Source: Escherichia phage JS98. Taken from it: a stretch of 64,000 nucleotides of DNA. The position numbers were made by a program, and so were the translations under genes. Below the pieces are notes generated by a model. That model saw only the letters and a list, made by a program, of their open reading frames with translations. It ran no database searches and had not been told where the DNA came from. Below are positions 41,902-53,523 of the stretch, one piece after another; the first letter of the stretch is position 1; the number at the start of each line of letters is the position of its first letter. The stretch lies in sequence record NC_010105.1; one strand, given 5' to 3'.

Positions 41902-43049
41902 TACTCTACCACAATTTCTTTCAAATATTTTTCAGGGATTTGGGCCTTATGATTTTTCAAGAACACAGAGTTAATCTGGTCCATGACCGTATCATAATTA
42001 ATACCGTCTACGTACGCCTGCATAAGAATAGAGAACAGCCCTGGGAAGTCTTTGAGGATTAACTGACCGGTGACAGCATAGTCTTTACGGTCACGGCCTT
42101 TGAGCTGAGAATATGCCGCTTCTAACAAAGCCAAGGACTGTTCTAAGTAGTCTAAATGGATACGTTCAAATGCATTGATTTTCTCGATAGCAAATGAATC
42201 AGTGCTGAACAAACCTCGGAGGTCATCGGTTCCGCCAGCCACTACAACTTCAAACAAACGTTCGTTATTGTTAATGGAATCTTTGGTATGATGCAGTGCG
42301 CTATACCAAGCGGTTTTGAGTTTAAAGAACGTGCCATCTTTAAGTACAAAGATAAAGCCTTCAATACCCTCTTGTTTACGGATATTGTCAACAAAATCGC
42401 CTTCAGAGAGTTCATAGCTTTTAACCAAATGCTTACGCAGAGCGCCATCTTTAAACAGTTCAGCGTAAGGGATATATTCACCCGTTTCGTTATTACGAAC
42501 GTTCAGTAAGATAAGGTTTGTTTCTTGGTAAGCCAGCACAATACGGTTAGTAGGCGAAACATACTCGAGGTTACATGTATAGCCTGCTTTAGTAATTTCT
42601 TCTAAACGAGCAGCGAAGGCCTCGTTTTCAGGGAGTCGAAGGAAACGTAAAGAATCATGTACCATCGACGAGTGGATAGAGCCTTTAGATTTAACAGAAA
42701 GATATTGTCTGTCCATGAAGGTAGAAATCAAGGAACCATCTTCCTTAGCCATTACGAGGTCGATATTTTCTTGTGATAAATCCAAACCAATAGTCAATGG
42801 ATTTTCATCGAGATTAAAGAACTTTTGCATAGGGCGAGCAGCGATACGTACAGGACCGTTCTCGTCCATTTCAAACATAATGCCTCGGCACTCTAGTGCG
42901 CCGTCTTCCAACCAATCACTGTACGATGCATAGTTATAACTAAAGATGCGATAGTTGACTCCTAGCGCACTCTGGAAGTCTTTAAAGAAGAACTTAGATT
43001 TAGTCGAGTTTTTAACCAAAGTCATCAAGTTATCATATAATTCAATCAT
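41901..43049 (-). CDS. rnlA: RNA ligase 1 (Rnl1)
   Basis: 382 aa; YRIFSYNYASYSDWL..ALECRGIMFEM matches T4 Rnl1. Confidence 0.92.
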   Translation of the reverse strand: MIELYDNLMTLVKNSTKSKFFFKDFQSALGVNYRIFSYNYASYSDWLEDGALECRGIMFEMDENGPVRIAARPMQKFFNLDENPLTIGLDLSQENIDLVMAKEDGSLISTFMDRQYLSVKSKGSIHSSMVHDSLRFLRLPENEAFAARLEEITKAGYTCNLEYVSPTNRIVLAYQETNLILLNVRNNETGEYIPYAELFKDGALRKHLVKSYELSEGDFVDNIRKQEGIEGFIFVLKDGTFFKLKTAWYSALHHTKDSINNNERLFEVVVAGGTDDLRGLFSTDSFAIEKINAFERIHLDYLEQSLALLEAAYSQLKGRDRKDYAVTGQLILKDFPGLFSILMQAYVDGINYDTVMDQINSVFLKNHKAQIPEKYLKEIVVE

Positions 43050-43483
43050 TGCTTTATCCTATGTTGGGTATTCCAAGGTGGATTAAATTTCTTTATGAAC
43101 ATTGGCTCTTCAAGAGACATGGTCTCAACTGACATAGTTCCAAGTTCGTTAGTCATCGACAGATTAAAGCACTGTCTAGCATAGAACTCTACCTTTTTAC
43201 CGGCCATTAATGCTTCATGAATCAGAATGGACTTGGTCGAATCCGACGTTTGGTCCTTACGATTAATGGCGGTTCGGTAGTAGTTGATGCGCTTACGAAG
43301 ATTTTTAGTCTTCCCGATGTAGACTAGTATATCATCAACCGCTATAGCATATATGACATTTTGTTTATTTGGAACCGTGATAGGGGCTATAGTAGCATCT
43401 GTTTGGAGCTCCAGTGTAACGTACTTGATAAAGCTAAATTCATCTGCGATTTCTTTCATAGCAATAAGGGGCCGAAGCCCCAT
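43046..43483 (-). CDS. denA: Endonuclease II (GIY-YIG family)
   Basis: 145 aa; NVIYAIAVDDILVYIGKTKNLRKRINYYRTAINRKD matches T4 EndoII. Confidence 0.88.
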   Translation of the reverse strand: MGLRPLIAMKEIADEFSFIKYVTLELQTDATIAPITVPNKQNVIYAIAVDDILVYIGKTKNLRKRINYYRTAINRKDQTSDSTKSILIHEALMAGKKVEFYARQCFNLSMTNELGTMSVETMSLEEPMFIKKFNPPWNTQHRIKQ

Positions 43484-43486
43484 TCC

Positions 43487-44656
43487 TTAAAAATATTTCT
43501 TGTATGACGCCATTACTTTTTCATCGACATCATTATCAATTTGTGCTACAAGGTAAGAACTGATTTCCACTTCCTGAGGAGCAGCCTGTACAGCATCAGA
43601 GTTCAGGTATTCGCGAATCCAAGGATAAGGATGGCGAGTAGGGGCATCAGTAATAGGACATGGTAAGCCACATTGCTTCATACGAGAAACTGTCAGGTAA
43701 TCGACAAAAGCACCCATGTTCTGAGTATTTAATCCAGGGCAAGTACCATCTTTGAACAGGTGAGCGGCCCACTCTTTTTCTTGTCGGTTAACTTCCATGA
43801 AAATATCAACTGCTTCTTGTTCGCACTCTTGAGCAATTTTAACCCATTCATCACCATCCGTACCAAGCTGGAGTTGACGAATAATGTATTGGGTGCCTTT
43901 AAGGTGAAGCTGTTCATCACGTGCAATGAACTTCATAATCTTAGCATTACCTTCCATGATTTCCATATTCTTATGGAAGTTAAAGGTACATGCGAAAGAT
44001 ACGTAAAAACGAATAGCTTCCAATGCGTTGATTACATGGAGACAGAGGTAAAGAGAACGCATTAGTTCGTATTTGGCCTGTTTTACGCCTTCGCCAAACT
44101 CGTGATATTCTTCTAAAGCATTCTGGTAAAGTCGGGTTTTCTCAATAACATCATCATAATAACGACCAATAGATTCAGCACGTTTCATGATAGCTTCATC
44201 TAACAGAATTTCATCAAATACCTTAGATGGGTCTGTATAGAGGTTACGCATGATATGGGTATACGAACGAGAGTGAATGGTTTCACTAAAGGTCCATGTG
44301 GCCACCCACGTATCAAGGCTAGGGTCTGAAATCAATGCTTGGAGTGCAGCAGAAGGAGCACGTCCCTGGATACTATCCAGAAGTGATTGATACTTCAGGT
44401 TATTGGTAAAAATATTTTGCTGGAATTGTGGAAGCTTATTAAACTGGGCAGCATCCATCATCAAGTTAACTTCCTCTGGACGCCAGAAGAAACTCAACTG
44501 CTTTTCACAAAGCTCTTCGAATACTTTATGACGTTGGATATCGTAACGAGCAATACCCAATCCTGAACCAAAGAACATCGGTTCGACTAAAACATCAACT
44601 GGGGTAGTATTAAAAACTGTAGACATGTTATTCTCATTTGTTAGTGACTCATCCAT
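43487..44656 (-). CDS. nrdB: Ribonucleotide reductase small subunit (intronless)
   Basis: 389 aa, single uninterrupted ORF. Confidence 0.93.
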   Translation of the reverse strand: MDESLTNENNMSTVFNTTPVDVLVEPMFFGSGLGIARYDIQRHKVFEELCEKQLSFFWRPEEVNLMMDAAQFNKLPQFQQNIFTNNLKYQSLLDSIQGRAPSAALQALISDPSLDTWVATWTFSETIHSRSYTHIMRNLYTDPSKVFDEILLDEAIMKRAESIGRYYDDVIEKTRLYQNALEEYHEFGEGVKQAKYELMRSLYLCLHVINALEAIRFYVSFACTFNFHKNMEIMEGNAKIMKFIARDEQLHLKGTQYIIRQLQLGTDGDEWVKIAQECEQEAVDIFMEVNRQEKEWAAHLFKDGTCPGLNTQNMGAFVDYLTVSRMKQCGLPCPITDAPTRHPYPWIREYLNSDAVQAAPQEVEISSYLVAQIDNDVDEKVMASYKKYF

Positions 44657-44678
44657 GAGTCAATTATAATCAGATTTA

Positions 44679-46934
44679 TTAAAGCTTACAAGCTGCGCAA
44701 TCATCGGCTTTAGGAGTTTCGATTTCATAATCGTCAGTACCAGAGCCATCACGGGTGTTATGATAGTAAAGGTTCTTACCACCAAAGTACCAGAAATATA
44801 ACAGGTCATCAAGCATTACCGACATAGGAACTTTTCCTTTCTCATAATTCTGAGGGTCATAATACGTATTCGCTGATGCTGATTGGCAAACCCATTTCAA
44901 CATAATTGCCACTTGGGTAAGATAAGGTTTATTACCTTTCTTAGCGAGGCTCCAAGCGTAATCATAAAGGCCTTGGTTATGTTCTACATTAGGAACTACC
45001 TGTCGGAAGTTACCTTCTTTAGATTCTTTAATACTTACCGGGCCACGCGGAGGTTCGATACCGTTGGTAGAGTTGGAAACTTGGCTGCTTGACTCGCATG
45101 GCATAAGTGCTGATAATGTGCTATTACGGATGCCATGTTTAGCCAAGTCTTCCCGCAACGCCGACCAGTCACAAACATAGTTTGGGGCTGCGATTTGGTC
45201 AATCTTTTTATTGTACCAGTCGATAGGAAGCTCGCCTCGAGACCATTTAGTGTCTGAATAATACTCGCAAGGTCCTTTTTCTTCGGCCAACTTGATTGAT
45301 GCTCGGATAAGTCCATACTGTAATCTCTCAAACAGTTCATGAGTTAAATCGTTTGCGTCTTCATAAGAAGCAAAGTTGCTTGCCAGCCATGCTGCGTAGT
45401 TAGTAACACCGACACCCAAGTTACGACGTTTCTTAGCCTTCAGAGCTTCAGGAACAGGATAATCTTGGTAGTCTAACAAGTTATCAAGTGCACGTACCTG
45501 TACTTCAGCAAGTTCGTTGATTTTGTCTTGGTCTTGCCAATCAAAGTTATCCAATACGAATGCAGACAGAGTACACAATCCGATTTCAGCATCAGGACTA
45601 TTCACATCGGTAGTCGGGATAGCAATTTCACAACACAGGTTACTCTGGCGAATAGGAGCCTTTTCACGAATAAATGGTGTGAAGTTGTTAGTGTTATCAA
45701 CGAACTGAGGATAAATTCGTGCAGTGCCTGAACGTTCGGTCATAAACAATTCGAAGAGGTCGCGTGCTTTAATACGTTTCTTACGAATACTAGAGTCTTT
45801 TTCAGCAGCTTCATACAATTCACGGAAACGTTCTTGGTCTTCAAAATAAGAATAATAAAGCTCGCCGCCCATTTCATGAGGACTAAACAGGGTAATGTAA
45901 TCATTTTTACCGAAACGTTCCATCATCAGGTCGTTTAACTGGATTCCGTAGTCCATATGACGAATACGGTTCTCATCGACACCTTTGTTGTTTTTCAAAA
46001 CGAGCAGATTTTCAACTTCCAAATGCCAAATAGGATAATAAGCAGTAGCAGCGCCGCCACGGATTCCACCTTGTGAACATGATTTAACAGCAGTCTGGAA
46101 ATGTTTCCAGAATGGAATAACACCGGTATGTTTGACTTCACCCATGCCAATACGAGAACCTTCAGCACGAATCATACCAACGTTGATACCAATACCTGCA
46201 CGTTTAGAAATGTATTCAATTATTGAGTTGGCAGTTTTGTTAATAGATTTCAGCGAGTCGCCTGCTTCAATAACCACACAAGAACTAAATTGACGAGTTG
46301 GAGTACGTGCACCAGCCATAATAGGAGTAGGCAACGAAACCTGACGAGTACTTACAGCGTCATAAAAACGAATAATATGTGCTAAACGGTTACCTGGCTC
46401 GTCTTGGTGTAAGGCCATACCAATACACATGATAGCGAACTGAGGAGTTTCATAGATTTTACCAGTTGTTTTATCTTTAACCAGATATTTCTCTTTCAGC
46501 TGCATCGCACCAGCATATGTCAATTCGAAATCGCGTTCATGCTTGATATGAGATTCTAAGAAAGTAATTTCTTCTGCAGAATATCGAGACAGCAATTCTG
46601 GGTCATATTTACCTTCGTTAACACAATAGGAAATATGGTCAATAAAACTACGTGGTTCAAACTGACCGTAAACTTCTTTACGCAGTGCAAACATCAATTG
46701 CTTTGCGGCAACATACTGATAGTCAGGCTCTTCAACCGAGATAAGGTTGGCTGCTACCTTAACAGTCAGATTTTGGATATCTTTGGTAGTCATACCATCA
46801 CGAAGGTGGGTTTTGATTTCTTCGTATAATTCATAGGGGTCGATTTGGGTTCCTTCACAGCCCCAAGTCAGAACTTTAATAATTTTTTGTGCGTCAAAAT
46901 CTTGGGATACACCACTACTCTTTTGTACTTGCAT
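44679..46934 (-). CDS. nrdA: Ribonucleotide reductase large subunit
   Basis: 751 aa class Ia RNR alpha; position. Confidence 0.95.
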   Translation of the reverse strand: MQVQKSSGVSQDFDAQKIIKVLTWGCEGTQIDPYELYEEIKTHLRDGMTTKDIQNLTVKVAANLISVEEPDYQYVAAKQLMFALRKEVYGQFEPRSFIDHISYCVNEGKYDPELLSRYSAEEITFLESHIKHERDFELTYAGAMQLKEKYLVKDKTTGKIYETPQFAIMCIGMALHQDEPGNRLAHIIRFYDAVSTRQVSLPTPIMAGARTPTRQFSSCVVIEAGDSLKSINKTANSIIEYISKRAGIGINVGMIRAEGSRIGMGEVKHTGVIPFWKHFQTAVKSCSQGGIRGGAATAYYPIWHLEVENLLVLKNNKGVDENRIRHMDYGIQLNDLMMERFGKNDYITLFSPHEMGGELYYSYFEDQERFRELYEAAEKDSSIRKKRIKARDLFELFMTERSGTARIYPQFVDNTNNFTPFIREKAPIRQSNLCCEIAIPTTDVNSPDAEIGLCTLSAFVLDNFDWQDQDKINELAEVQVRALDNLLDYQDYPVPEALKAKKRRNLGVGVTNYAAWLASNFASYEDANDLTHELFERLQYGLIRASIKLAEEKGPCEYYSDTKWSRGELPIDWYNKKIDQIAAPNYVCDWSALREDLAKHGIRNSTLSALMPCESSSQVSNSTNGIEPPRGPVSIKESKEGNFRQVVPNVEHNQGLYDYAWSLAKKGNKPYLTQVAIMLKWVCQSASANTYYDPQNYEKGKVPMSVMLDDLLYFWYFGGKNLYYHNTRDGSGTDDYEIETPKADDCAACKL

Positions 46935-47000
46935 AATTTCCTCAATATGTTAGGTTCTACAATTATTCTATCATAGAACCTGTTAAGCATGGACTGATAT

Positions 47001-47294
47001 TTATAGGTCTTCTAATGAGAACGTATCTTTGAAAAGTTTGTTAACAACCAGGGCTATCACATCCCCATGACAGTCCTTAGGTTTACAGGTACACGCTATT
47101 CGCATACCTCTAAGGGTTTCAAGGTGTTCTCTTTTAATTTCACCTGATTTTATTTTAGCAATAAAGTATTCTTTAAAGTTCTTGATGTTTTCCTCGCGGG
47201 TACCGTCTTTAAATGGATTACCCCACATGGTTCCACGCTGGATATTGACATCAAAATCTTCTTTATACTTGTTAACAACTCTACAGACTCTCAT
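47001..47294 (-). CDS. Hypothetical protein (start uncertain; ORF track to 47411)
   Basis: ORF between td and nrdA; Cys/His-containing C-terminus (CTCKPKDCH). Confidence 0.4.
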   Translation of the reverse strand: MRVCRVVNKYKEDFDVNIQRGTMWGNPFKDGTREENIKNFKEYFIAKIKSGEIKREHLETLRGMRIACTCKPKDCHGDVIALVVNKLFKDTFSLEDL

Positions 47295-47355
47295 TATAGC
47301 ACCAAATTCAGCCCAATCATAATAACCAAAAATAAGGTACCAGCGATTTGAATTT

Positions 47356-48212
47356 TCATACAGCCATCTTAGCCTTAATAGTAGGGTGCGATTCATAACC
47401 TTTAAGAACAAAATCAGACGGCTTCATTGAATCAACCCAAGACAGTTGTGTCTTAGTGTCCCAAAGAATAAACTCTTCCGGTAAATTAATTTCTAATTCA
47501 CAAAGCTCTTTAGGCTCACGACGAAGAACTTCTTGGCATTGTTCAACGTGATTAGAATAGATATGCGTATTGCCGCCTGAGAACACTAAATCGCCCGGAA
47601 TAAGATTACACATCTTAGCTACAATATGCACAAGAGCGGCGTAAGAGGCGATATTAAATGGCAATCCTAAGAACACGTCAACAGAACGTTGGTACCACTG
47701 GAGGTCAAGATGGCCATTACGAACGTTGAACTGATAAAAACAATGACATGGTGGAAGAGCCATCTGGTCGATTTCAGCCGGGTTCCATGCGGATACGATT
47801 TGACGTCGGTCATTAGGCATCTTTTTAATACGGTCGATAATTTCTACAACCTGGTCGACCCCACCAAAATCTCGCCATTGTTTCCCGTATACCGGGCCTA
47901 GTTCACCACTATGATACCCTAGGTCTTTGGCCTGATTTTCATAGTTCTCGTCCCAAATAGTTTTACCGTCAATTAATGAACCGTGAGTACGGAAACGAAG
48001 GTCGTTAACGTTTGTTGAACCCGAAAGGAACCAAAGGAGCTCAGCAATACAGGCTTTCCATGCTAATTTTTTAGTTGTTACCGCAGGAAAGCCTTTAGTT
48101 AAATCAAAACGTAATTTAGTACCGAACAGTGCAATTGTACCGGTTCCAGTGCGGTCGTCGGTTTCGTAGCCATTTTCCAGGATATCTTTAATTAAAAATT
48201 GATATTGTTTCA

Positions 48213-48225
<13 letters not shown>
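47356..48225 (-). CDS. td: Thymidylate synthase (intronless)
   Basis: 289 aa; active-site PPCHCFYQF; uninterrupted ORF. Confidence 0.95.
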
Positions 48226-49337
<1,112 letters not shown>

Positions 49338-49338
<1 letters not shown>

Positions 49339-49583
49339 TATAGCACCTCAACATGTGTGATATCGTTTGGCCAAATAATGTCATGATGGTTATAATAGGA
49401 AATATCACCCTTAACAAAACGATAATTATTACCACGGCCTTGCTCCCAGGCCAAAGATACCTTATGGAGGTTTTCATAACGGTCCCTGACCCAAAAGGAT
49501 TCGTCATATGCAGTATTATTATAAAGTCTATCCAATTCTGCTTCGGTACCAGTAAACTCTTTTAAATTGATAGTAATTTGCAT
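49338..49583 (-). CDS. Hypothetical protein (81 aa from Met with GAGGA SD)
   Basis: ORF track to 49724. Confidence 0.45.
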
Positions 49584-49593
49584 TATATTTTCC

Positions 49594-49833
49594 TCACGCT
49601 TTCTTAGCGATTTTCCAGTCAGCTTTAAATTGGTCAACATCAGAATGGTGAATCCAGAAACCAGATGAGCTACCATCTTCATAAAGAGGACAACCATCAC
49701 ACTCATCTTTCCAGCCCATTTCACACAAAGCTTGTTCGGCTTTTTCCAGAGCTTCCGGATTGCTACCTTGGATTGTGAAGTACCATTTGCCTTTAACTTC
49801 AGAATCTTTAATTGATTCGCGTTGTAATTTCAT
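49594..49833 (-). CDS. Hypothetical protein (79 aa), PeSL-flanked
   Basis: ORF with own early promoter; Cys pairs (CEMGWKDECDGC). Confidence 0.5.
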   Translation of the reverse strand: MKLQRESIKDSEVKGKWYFTIQGSNPEALEKAEQALCEMGWKDECDGCPLYEDGSSSGFWIHHSDVDQFKADWKIAKKA

Positions 49834-49891
49834 TTTATTCTCCTCAAGTTGATAAGGCTATAGTATCACTACCATAGCCTTAGGTAAACAC
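49834..49891 (-). promoter_or_regulatory. PeSL-like early promoter (GTTTAC-N18-TACTAT, AGCCTTATCAACT)
   Basis: -35 at 49884..49889, -10 at 49860..49865; 8-bp IR AAGGCTAT/ATAGCCTT. Confidence 0.5.
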
Positions 49892-50119
49892 TTATTTTTG
49901 AATTAAGCCCATATAAAATTCAGCGTCTTCAGCATGCATACCATCGCAATATTCATCAGCCATAAAGCGGGTAAGGTCTTCAAGAGGACCTTGAACTTCA
50001 ATTTGCATACTACAGAATTGTGTGTCTTTGATATAAGTCATAGTCAAAGAAGGATAACGATTACGGATAACTTCGTAAGTGTATTCAAAATCAACGATAT
50101 CAATATTAACCTTAGCCAT
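49892..50119 (-). CDS. Hypothetical protein (75 aa), PeSL-flanked
   Basis: ORF with own early promoter. Confidence 0.5.
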   Translation of the reverse strand: MAKVNIDIVDFEYTYEVIRNRYPSLTMTYIKDTQFCSMQIEVQGPLEDLTRFMADEYCDGMHAEDAEFYMGLIQK

Positions 50120-50182
50120 TTTATTTTCCTCACTCGTTAGTTGATAGGTCTATAGTATCATGCCTATAGACCTTGTAAACAT
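50120..50182 (-). promoter_or_regulatory. PeSL-like early promoter (GTTTAC-N17-TACTAT, AGACCTATCAACT)
   Basis: -35 at 50175..50180, -10 at 50152..50157; 9-bp IR GGTCTATAG/CTATAGACC. Confidence 0.55.
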
Positions 50183-50443
50183 TTATTTTTGAATTTTATC
50201 AAGCCATTTACCAAGCTTAATCATTTCTTTGGTAGCTTTTTCCATACTTCTGAATTTAACCAGTAAGGGTTGAGCATCAACACCCATAACTAAGGTGGTT
50301 ACAAGACTATGTTCGCCTACAAGCCATAACGAATACGTTTGGATATCGAGGCCGTAATTTCGGTCTTTATGAACTCGTACACCCATCACTTCAAATTTCT
50401 CACTGGCTTTTTCTACTGCATCCAGGAAATCATCTTTAGTCAT
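50183..50443 (-). CDS. Hypothetical protein (86 aa from internal Met)
   Basis: ORF track to 50506; start chosen abutting upstream stop. Confidence 0.4.
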   Translation of the reverse strand: MTKDDFLDAVEKASEKFEVMGVRVHKDRNYGLDIQTYSLWLVGEHSLVTTLVMGVDAQPLLVKFRSMEKATKEMIKLGKWLDKIQK

Positions 50444-50444
50444 G

Positions 50445-50828
50445 TTAGGCCTTAAAAGTTTTTTGCAAAAGTTCAATAATTTGGTCGACGTTCTGTTCAG
50501 TGACAATGCAATGGATTTGGGTCACGCCGGTCTTAGTAACAGGTTTGTCAACTTCATCTTGTCCATCATATTCACGGAAGCAATAGAACTCATCTTCATG
50601 CAATTCAAAATATTCCTCTAGTGTTCCGTCTGCACTAAAAATCTTGCCATTAGCACATTTTATTTTAGTTACAAATTTATCCCCATCTGTGGTCGTTGTA
50701 TCCTTTACTTCAAACCACCCACCGTTTTCTTGGATAATATCGACCATATCATTATTATTGATAGGGGTGATATTGATAAAAGCTTTGATACACTCAGGGC
50801 GAAGTTCGTATTTTTTACCAATTTTCAT
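50445..50828 (-). CDS. Hypothetical protein, tandem paralog B (127 aa)
   Basis: Shares conserved positions with 50832..51203 (GKKYEL/GKFYVL, EEYFELHEDEF/DEYFELGEWEF, QIIELLQKTF/EVVALIKATF). Confidence 0.5.
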   Translation of the reverse strand: MKIGKKYELRPECIKAFINITPINNNDMVDIIQENGGWFEVKDTTTTDGDKFVTKIKCANGKIFSADGTLEEYFELHEDEFYCFREYDGQDEVDKPVTKTGVTQIHCIVTEQNVDQIIELLQKTFKA

Positions 50829-50831
50829 TTT

Positions 50832-51203
50832 TTAAATTCCAAAGGTAGCTTTAATCAAGGCAACAACTTCTGCCGCATTTTTGTGATTTACCTGCACATG
50901 AATGGTTTGGGTATCAACAGCAGGAGCATCGCCATCAACTTCCAGGAAGTGACAGAATTCCCATTCACCGAGTTCAAAGTACTCATCAGAATCACCCATA
51001 CTATTCAGGATGGTGCCATCTTTCATTTCAACTTTTTCAACAAAATAAACACCTTCAATACAACGCATATCCAGGACTTTGAAGGAATTGCCATGTTGTT
51101 CCAACAACCTGACTATGCACGAATTATAATTATCATCAGGACTACCAGCGGTGAATTGTTTTTTGGCAGCAGGGTCTAATACGTAAAATTTACCAGTTTC
51201 CAT
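50832..51203 (-). CDS. Hypothetical protein, tandem paralog A (123 aa)
   Basis: Paralog of adjacent ORF; own early promoter. Confidence 0.5.
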   Translation of the reverse strand: METGKFYVLDPAAKKQFTAGSPDDNYNSCIVRLLEQHGNSFKVLDMRCIEGVYFVEKVEMKDGTILNSMGDSDEYFELGEWEFCHFLEVDGDAPAVDTQTIHVQVNHKNAAEVVALIKATFGI

Positions 51204-51270
51204 TTTTATTTCCTCATGTAGTTGATAGGTCTATAGTATCATGTTTAAAGGCATTGTAAACCATTAAATG
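51204..51270 (-). promoter_or_regulatory. PeSL-like early promoter (GTTTAC-N17-TACTAT, AGACCTATCAACT)
   Basis: -35 at 51256..51261, -10 at 51233..51238, GAGGA SD. Confidence 0.55.
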
Positions 51271-51313
51271 CCAAAAAGGGAAGACCGAAGTCTTCCCATT
51301 ATAAATCAATAAC

Positions 51314-52219
51314 TTATAGACCAGCTAACAGGTCGTCCAGACCATCGTCATCAGAAGGACTTACTGATGGCTCAGGAGTAGTGGAACGGGTCGGTGTAGA
51401 CGGTTTAGAATCATATGCATCAAGGTCTGCACTGAATGCGTCCAGGTCATCACCAATCTTATCAGCAGCTGCAGAAGCTTTAGCGGCAGCACCACCAAGA
51501 GCAGCAGTACCAACAACTTTCTTAAACTTGGCTTCGTTAGTTTCAAAAGATTTGAACTCGAGCAGTTTAGAAAGGTCGTGCATTTCTTCCATCAATTTAG
51601 CTTGGTAAGCTTCATCATTGATGTTAGGAATTTCAGACTGACCCATGAATTTGGAATCGTCGTAGTTTTTGAAGTCACCAACTTTCTTAGATTTCAGTAC
51701 GAAGTTAGCACCATCAAACGGACATGTTACGTCAACCGGCACTTCACCAATATCAGTATCAACTTCAACCATCTGGTTGATTTTATCCATAATTTTCTGA
51801 CCGAAACGGAATTTAAACACTTTACCTTCGTTAGCAGGCACTGCACTATCCTTAATAACAAGGATGTTAGCCCAGAAGGAAGTTTTACGTTTCATCAGTT
51901 TGTATTCGGCGTTATTAGTATTATACGTATCGTTCTGGTTCATGTATTTACATACAGGACAAGAATCGAAATCACCGTGAGTAGACGTACAGTTTTCAAT
52001 GTACCATTGACCATTTTTCTTAAAGCCGTGGTTAACGAGCTTAACGAATGGAGATGGATTTTCTTCGTTTTTCGAAGGTAGGAAACGAATTACCGCAGTA
52101 CCAACACCATTGTCATCTTTCAATTTCCATTCAGCTTTATCATCGGAAGAGAAAGAAGAACCACCTTTCATTGCAGACAGTTGAGCAGCCAGTTGGGAAG
52201 GGTCTTTACGTTTGAACAT
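51314..52219 (-). CDS. 32: Single-stranded DNA-binding protein gp32
   Basis: 301 aa, same as T4 gp32; [19 protein letters not shown]..., zinc site (C..H..C..C), acidic C-terminus. Confidence 0.95.
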   Translation of the reverse strand: MFKRKDPSQLAAQLSAMKGGSSFSSDDKAEWKLKDDNGVGTAVIRFLPSKNEENPSPFVKLVNHGFKKNGQWYIENCTSTHGDFDSCPVCKYMNQNDTYNTNNAEYKLMKRKTSFWANILVIKDSAVPANEGKVFKFRFGQKIMDKINQMVEVDTDIGEVPVDVTCPFDGANFVLKSKKVGDFKNYDDSKFMGQSEIPNINDEAYQAKLMEEMHDLSKLLEFKSFETNEAKFKKVVGTAALGGAAAKASAAADKIGDDLDAFSADLDAYDSKPSTPTRSTTPEPSVSPSDDDGLDDLLAGL

Positions 52220-52309
52220 ATTATTTACCTTAGCAGATTTTAGCAGTTGTATTTTATTAACAGTTTTTAACAGATTGAGTTAGTATATTAACACATTTAA
52301 TATGAAGCA
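52220..52309 (-). promoter_or_regulatory. Gene 32 leader; candidate translational autoregulatory operator
   Basis: AU-rich unstructured leader with repeated CTGTTAA/CTGCTAA before SD; T4 gp32 represses its own translation through such a leader. Confidence 0.4.
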
Positions 52310-52963
52310 TTAAAACTTACAAGATTTGATAGTTTCAATGAACAATTTACGAGCTTCTAAATTATCGATTATAAGAATTTTCTTATAAGCATTTAATTTA
52401 GTCGAATACTTAGACCACACTAAATCGTTGGTCTGTTCATCATGTTTATTTATTATATCCATAAATGAATCAAGCAAAATAAACGTTTCGAATGAAATAA
52501 CATTCGATTGGAGGAGCTTAAAAATATAGCTCGAGTTAACTTTTTTATTATACTCAAAAATTTCAGAAAGCGCTTGAACTTCCACTTTCTTACTGAAATA
52601 ATAGATGTTTTTGATATCATCCTCAAAAACTTGTTTTATTCTTTTAAGTCTACCGATATATTCTCGGTAAAAGACTAAGGCGTCAGCATCACTGATGTCG
52701 CCAATCCATGCGTCTTGGTTAGCCACCAAGTTACTCATGAAGATAAGAGCAAGCTCTTTCAAAGTGTATTTATCACTCAATTTCTCGAAGAAATATTTGT
52801 CACGACGTTTTTGGTAAGCCGTATCAGAGATTCGCATGACCCAGTTATATTTTATAACGTCGTATTTGGCATTGAAGTGATGTTTGAGCATTAAGTATAG
52901 TGAATATACGCTCTTACCATTCACCATACGGTTATTGTTTGGTGGCATGCGAATCTTAATCAT
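52310..52963 (-). CDS. 59: Helicase loader gp59
   Basis: 217 aa; matches T4 gp59 (KYDVIKYNW, ANQDAWIGDISDADALVFYREYIGRLK). Confidence 0.9.
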   Translation of the reverse strand: MIKIRMPPNNNRMVNGKSVYSLYLMLKHHFNAKYDVIKYNWVMRISDTAYQKRRDKYFFEKLSDKYTLKELALIFMSNLVANQDAWIGDISDADALVFYREYIGRLKRIKQVFEDDIKNIYYFSKKVEVQALSEIFEYNKKVNSSYIFKLLQSNVISFETFILLDSFMDIINKHDEQTNDLVWSKYSTKLNAYKKILIIDNLEARKLFIETIKSCKF

Positions 52964-53262
52964 AACAAGAAATCCAGGGTATTAGTTTTTTGCGTTCGTG
53001 CCATTGAAGGACGAAGCAAGTTATCATCAATGGCCTCGTTCATAATTTTATCAATAATTCCTGCAGGCAAATAACGAGCAAAGTTACCTTCAGGGATACT
53101 GTTCTCTTCCAACCATGCGGTAGCCGCTTCGAGATAGCTACATCCTTCAGCCTCAACAAAGGCCTCAATATCAAGGCCATTCTGTTGTTTATTTACCAAT
53201 ACATGGACAGGTTCAGAAGCGGTATTAACCGCTCCATCAAAATCATTCAAAGATTGTGTCAT
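52960..53262 (-). CDS. 33: Late transcription co-activator gp33
   Basis: 100 aa acidic protein, position between 59 and dsbA. Confidence 0.75.
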   Translation of the reverse strand: MTQSLNDFDGAVNTASEPVHVLVNKQQNGLDIEAFVEAEGCSYLEAATAWLEENSIPEGNFARYLPAGIIDKIMNEAIDDNLLRPSMARTQKTNTLDFLL

Positions 53263-53497
53263 ACAGTTCTACCACTTCAGTTTTTTCGTCTTCGAAACGT
53301 TCACGAGTGCCTTTATGATACAGGGAGAACAGCTGGTTAAACATTTTACCGTCTACACCAAGTTCAGTCTTAGCACGGTCTTTGATATCTTTAATTTCGT
53401 CACCATATGCTTCCATTTTTAATTTAGTATCGGAAGCAGTTTTAATCAACTGGGCTAGGGTATTACCATGTTCTTCTTGGTTGAATTCAACTTTCAC
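53243..53497 (-). CDS. dsbA: dsDNA-binding protein DsbA
   Basis: 84 aa, position between 33 and rnh. Confidence 0.65.
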   Translation of the reverse strand: MKVEFNQEEHGNTLAQLIKTASDTKLKMEAYGDEIKDIKDRAKTELGVDGKMFNQLFSLYHKGTRERFEDEKTEVVELYDTIFE

Positions 53498-53523
53498 TTT
53501 TTCTTTTAGCCATTATATTCACC

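Noticed and set aside
46998-47005. TATAAATA (minus strand) upstream of nrdA as a late promoter
   Set aside because: nrd genes are early/middle functions and the motif overlaps the stop of the upstream ORF; a single 8-mer in an AT-rich genome is not convincing here. A stem-loop (GGTTCTA...TAGAACC, 46948..46980) is present but its function is unclear.
47295-47411. N-terminal 39 codons of ORF 47001..47411 as coding
   Set aside because: Would overlap the td 3' end by 56 nt and translates to a hydrophobic, low-information peptide; an internal Met at 47294 avoids the overlap. The call remains low-confidence.
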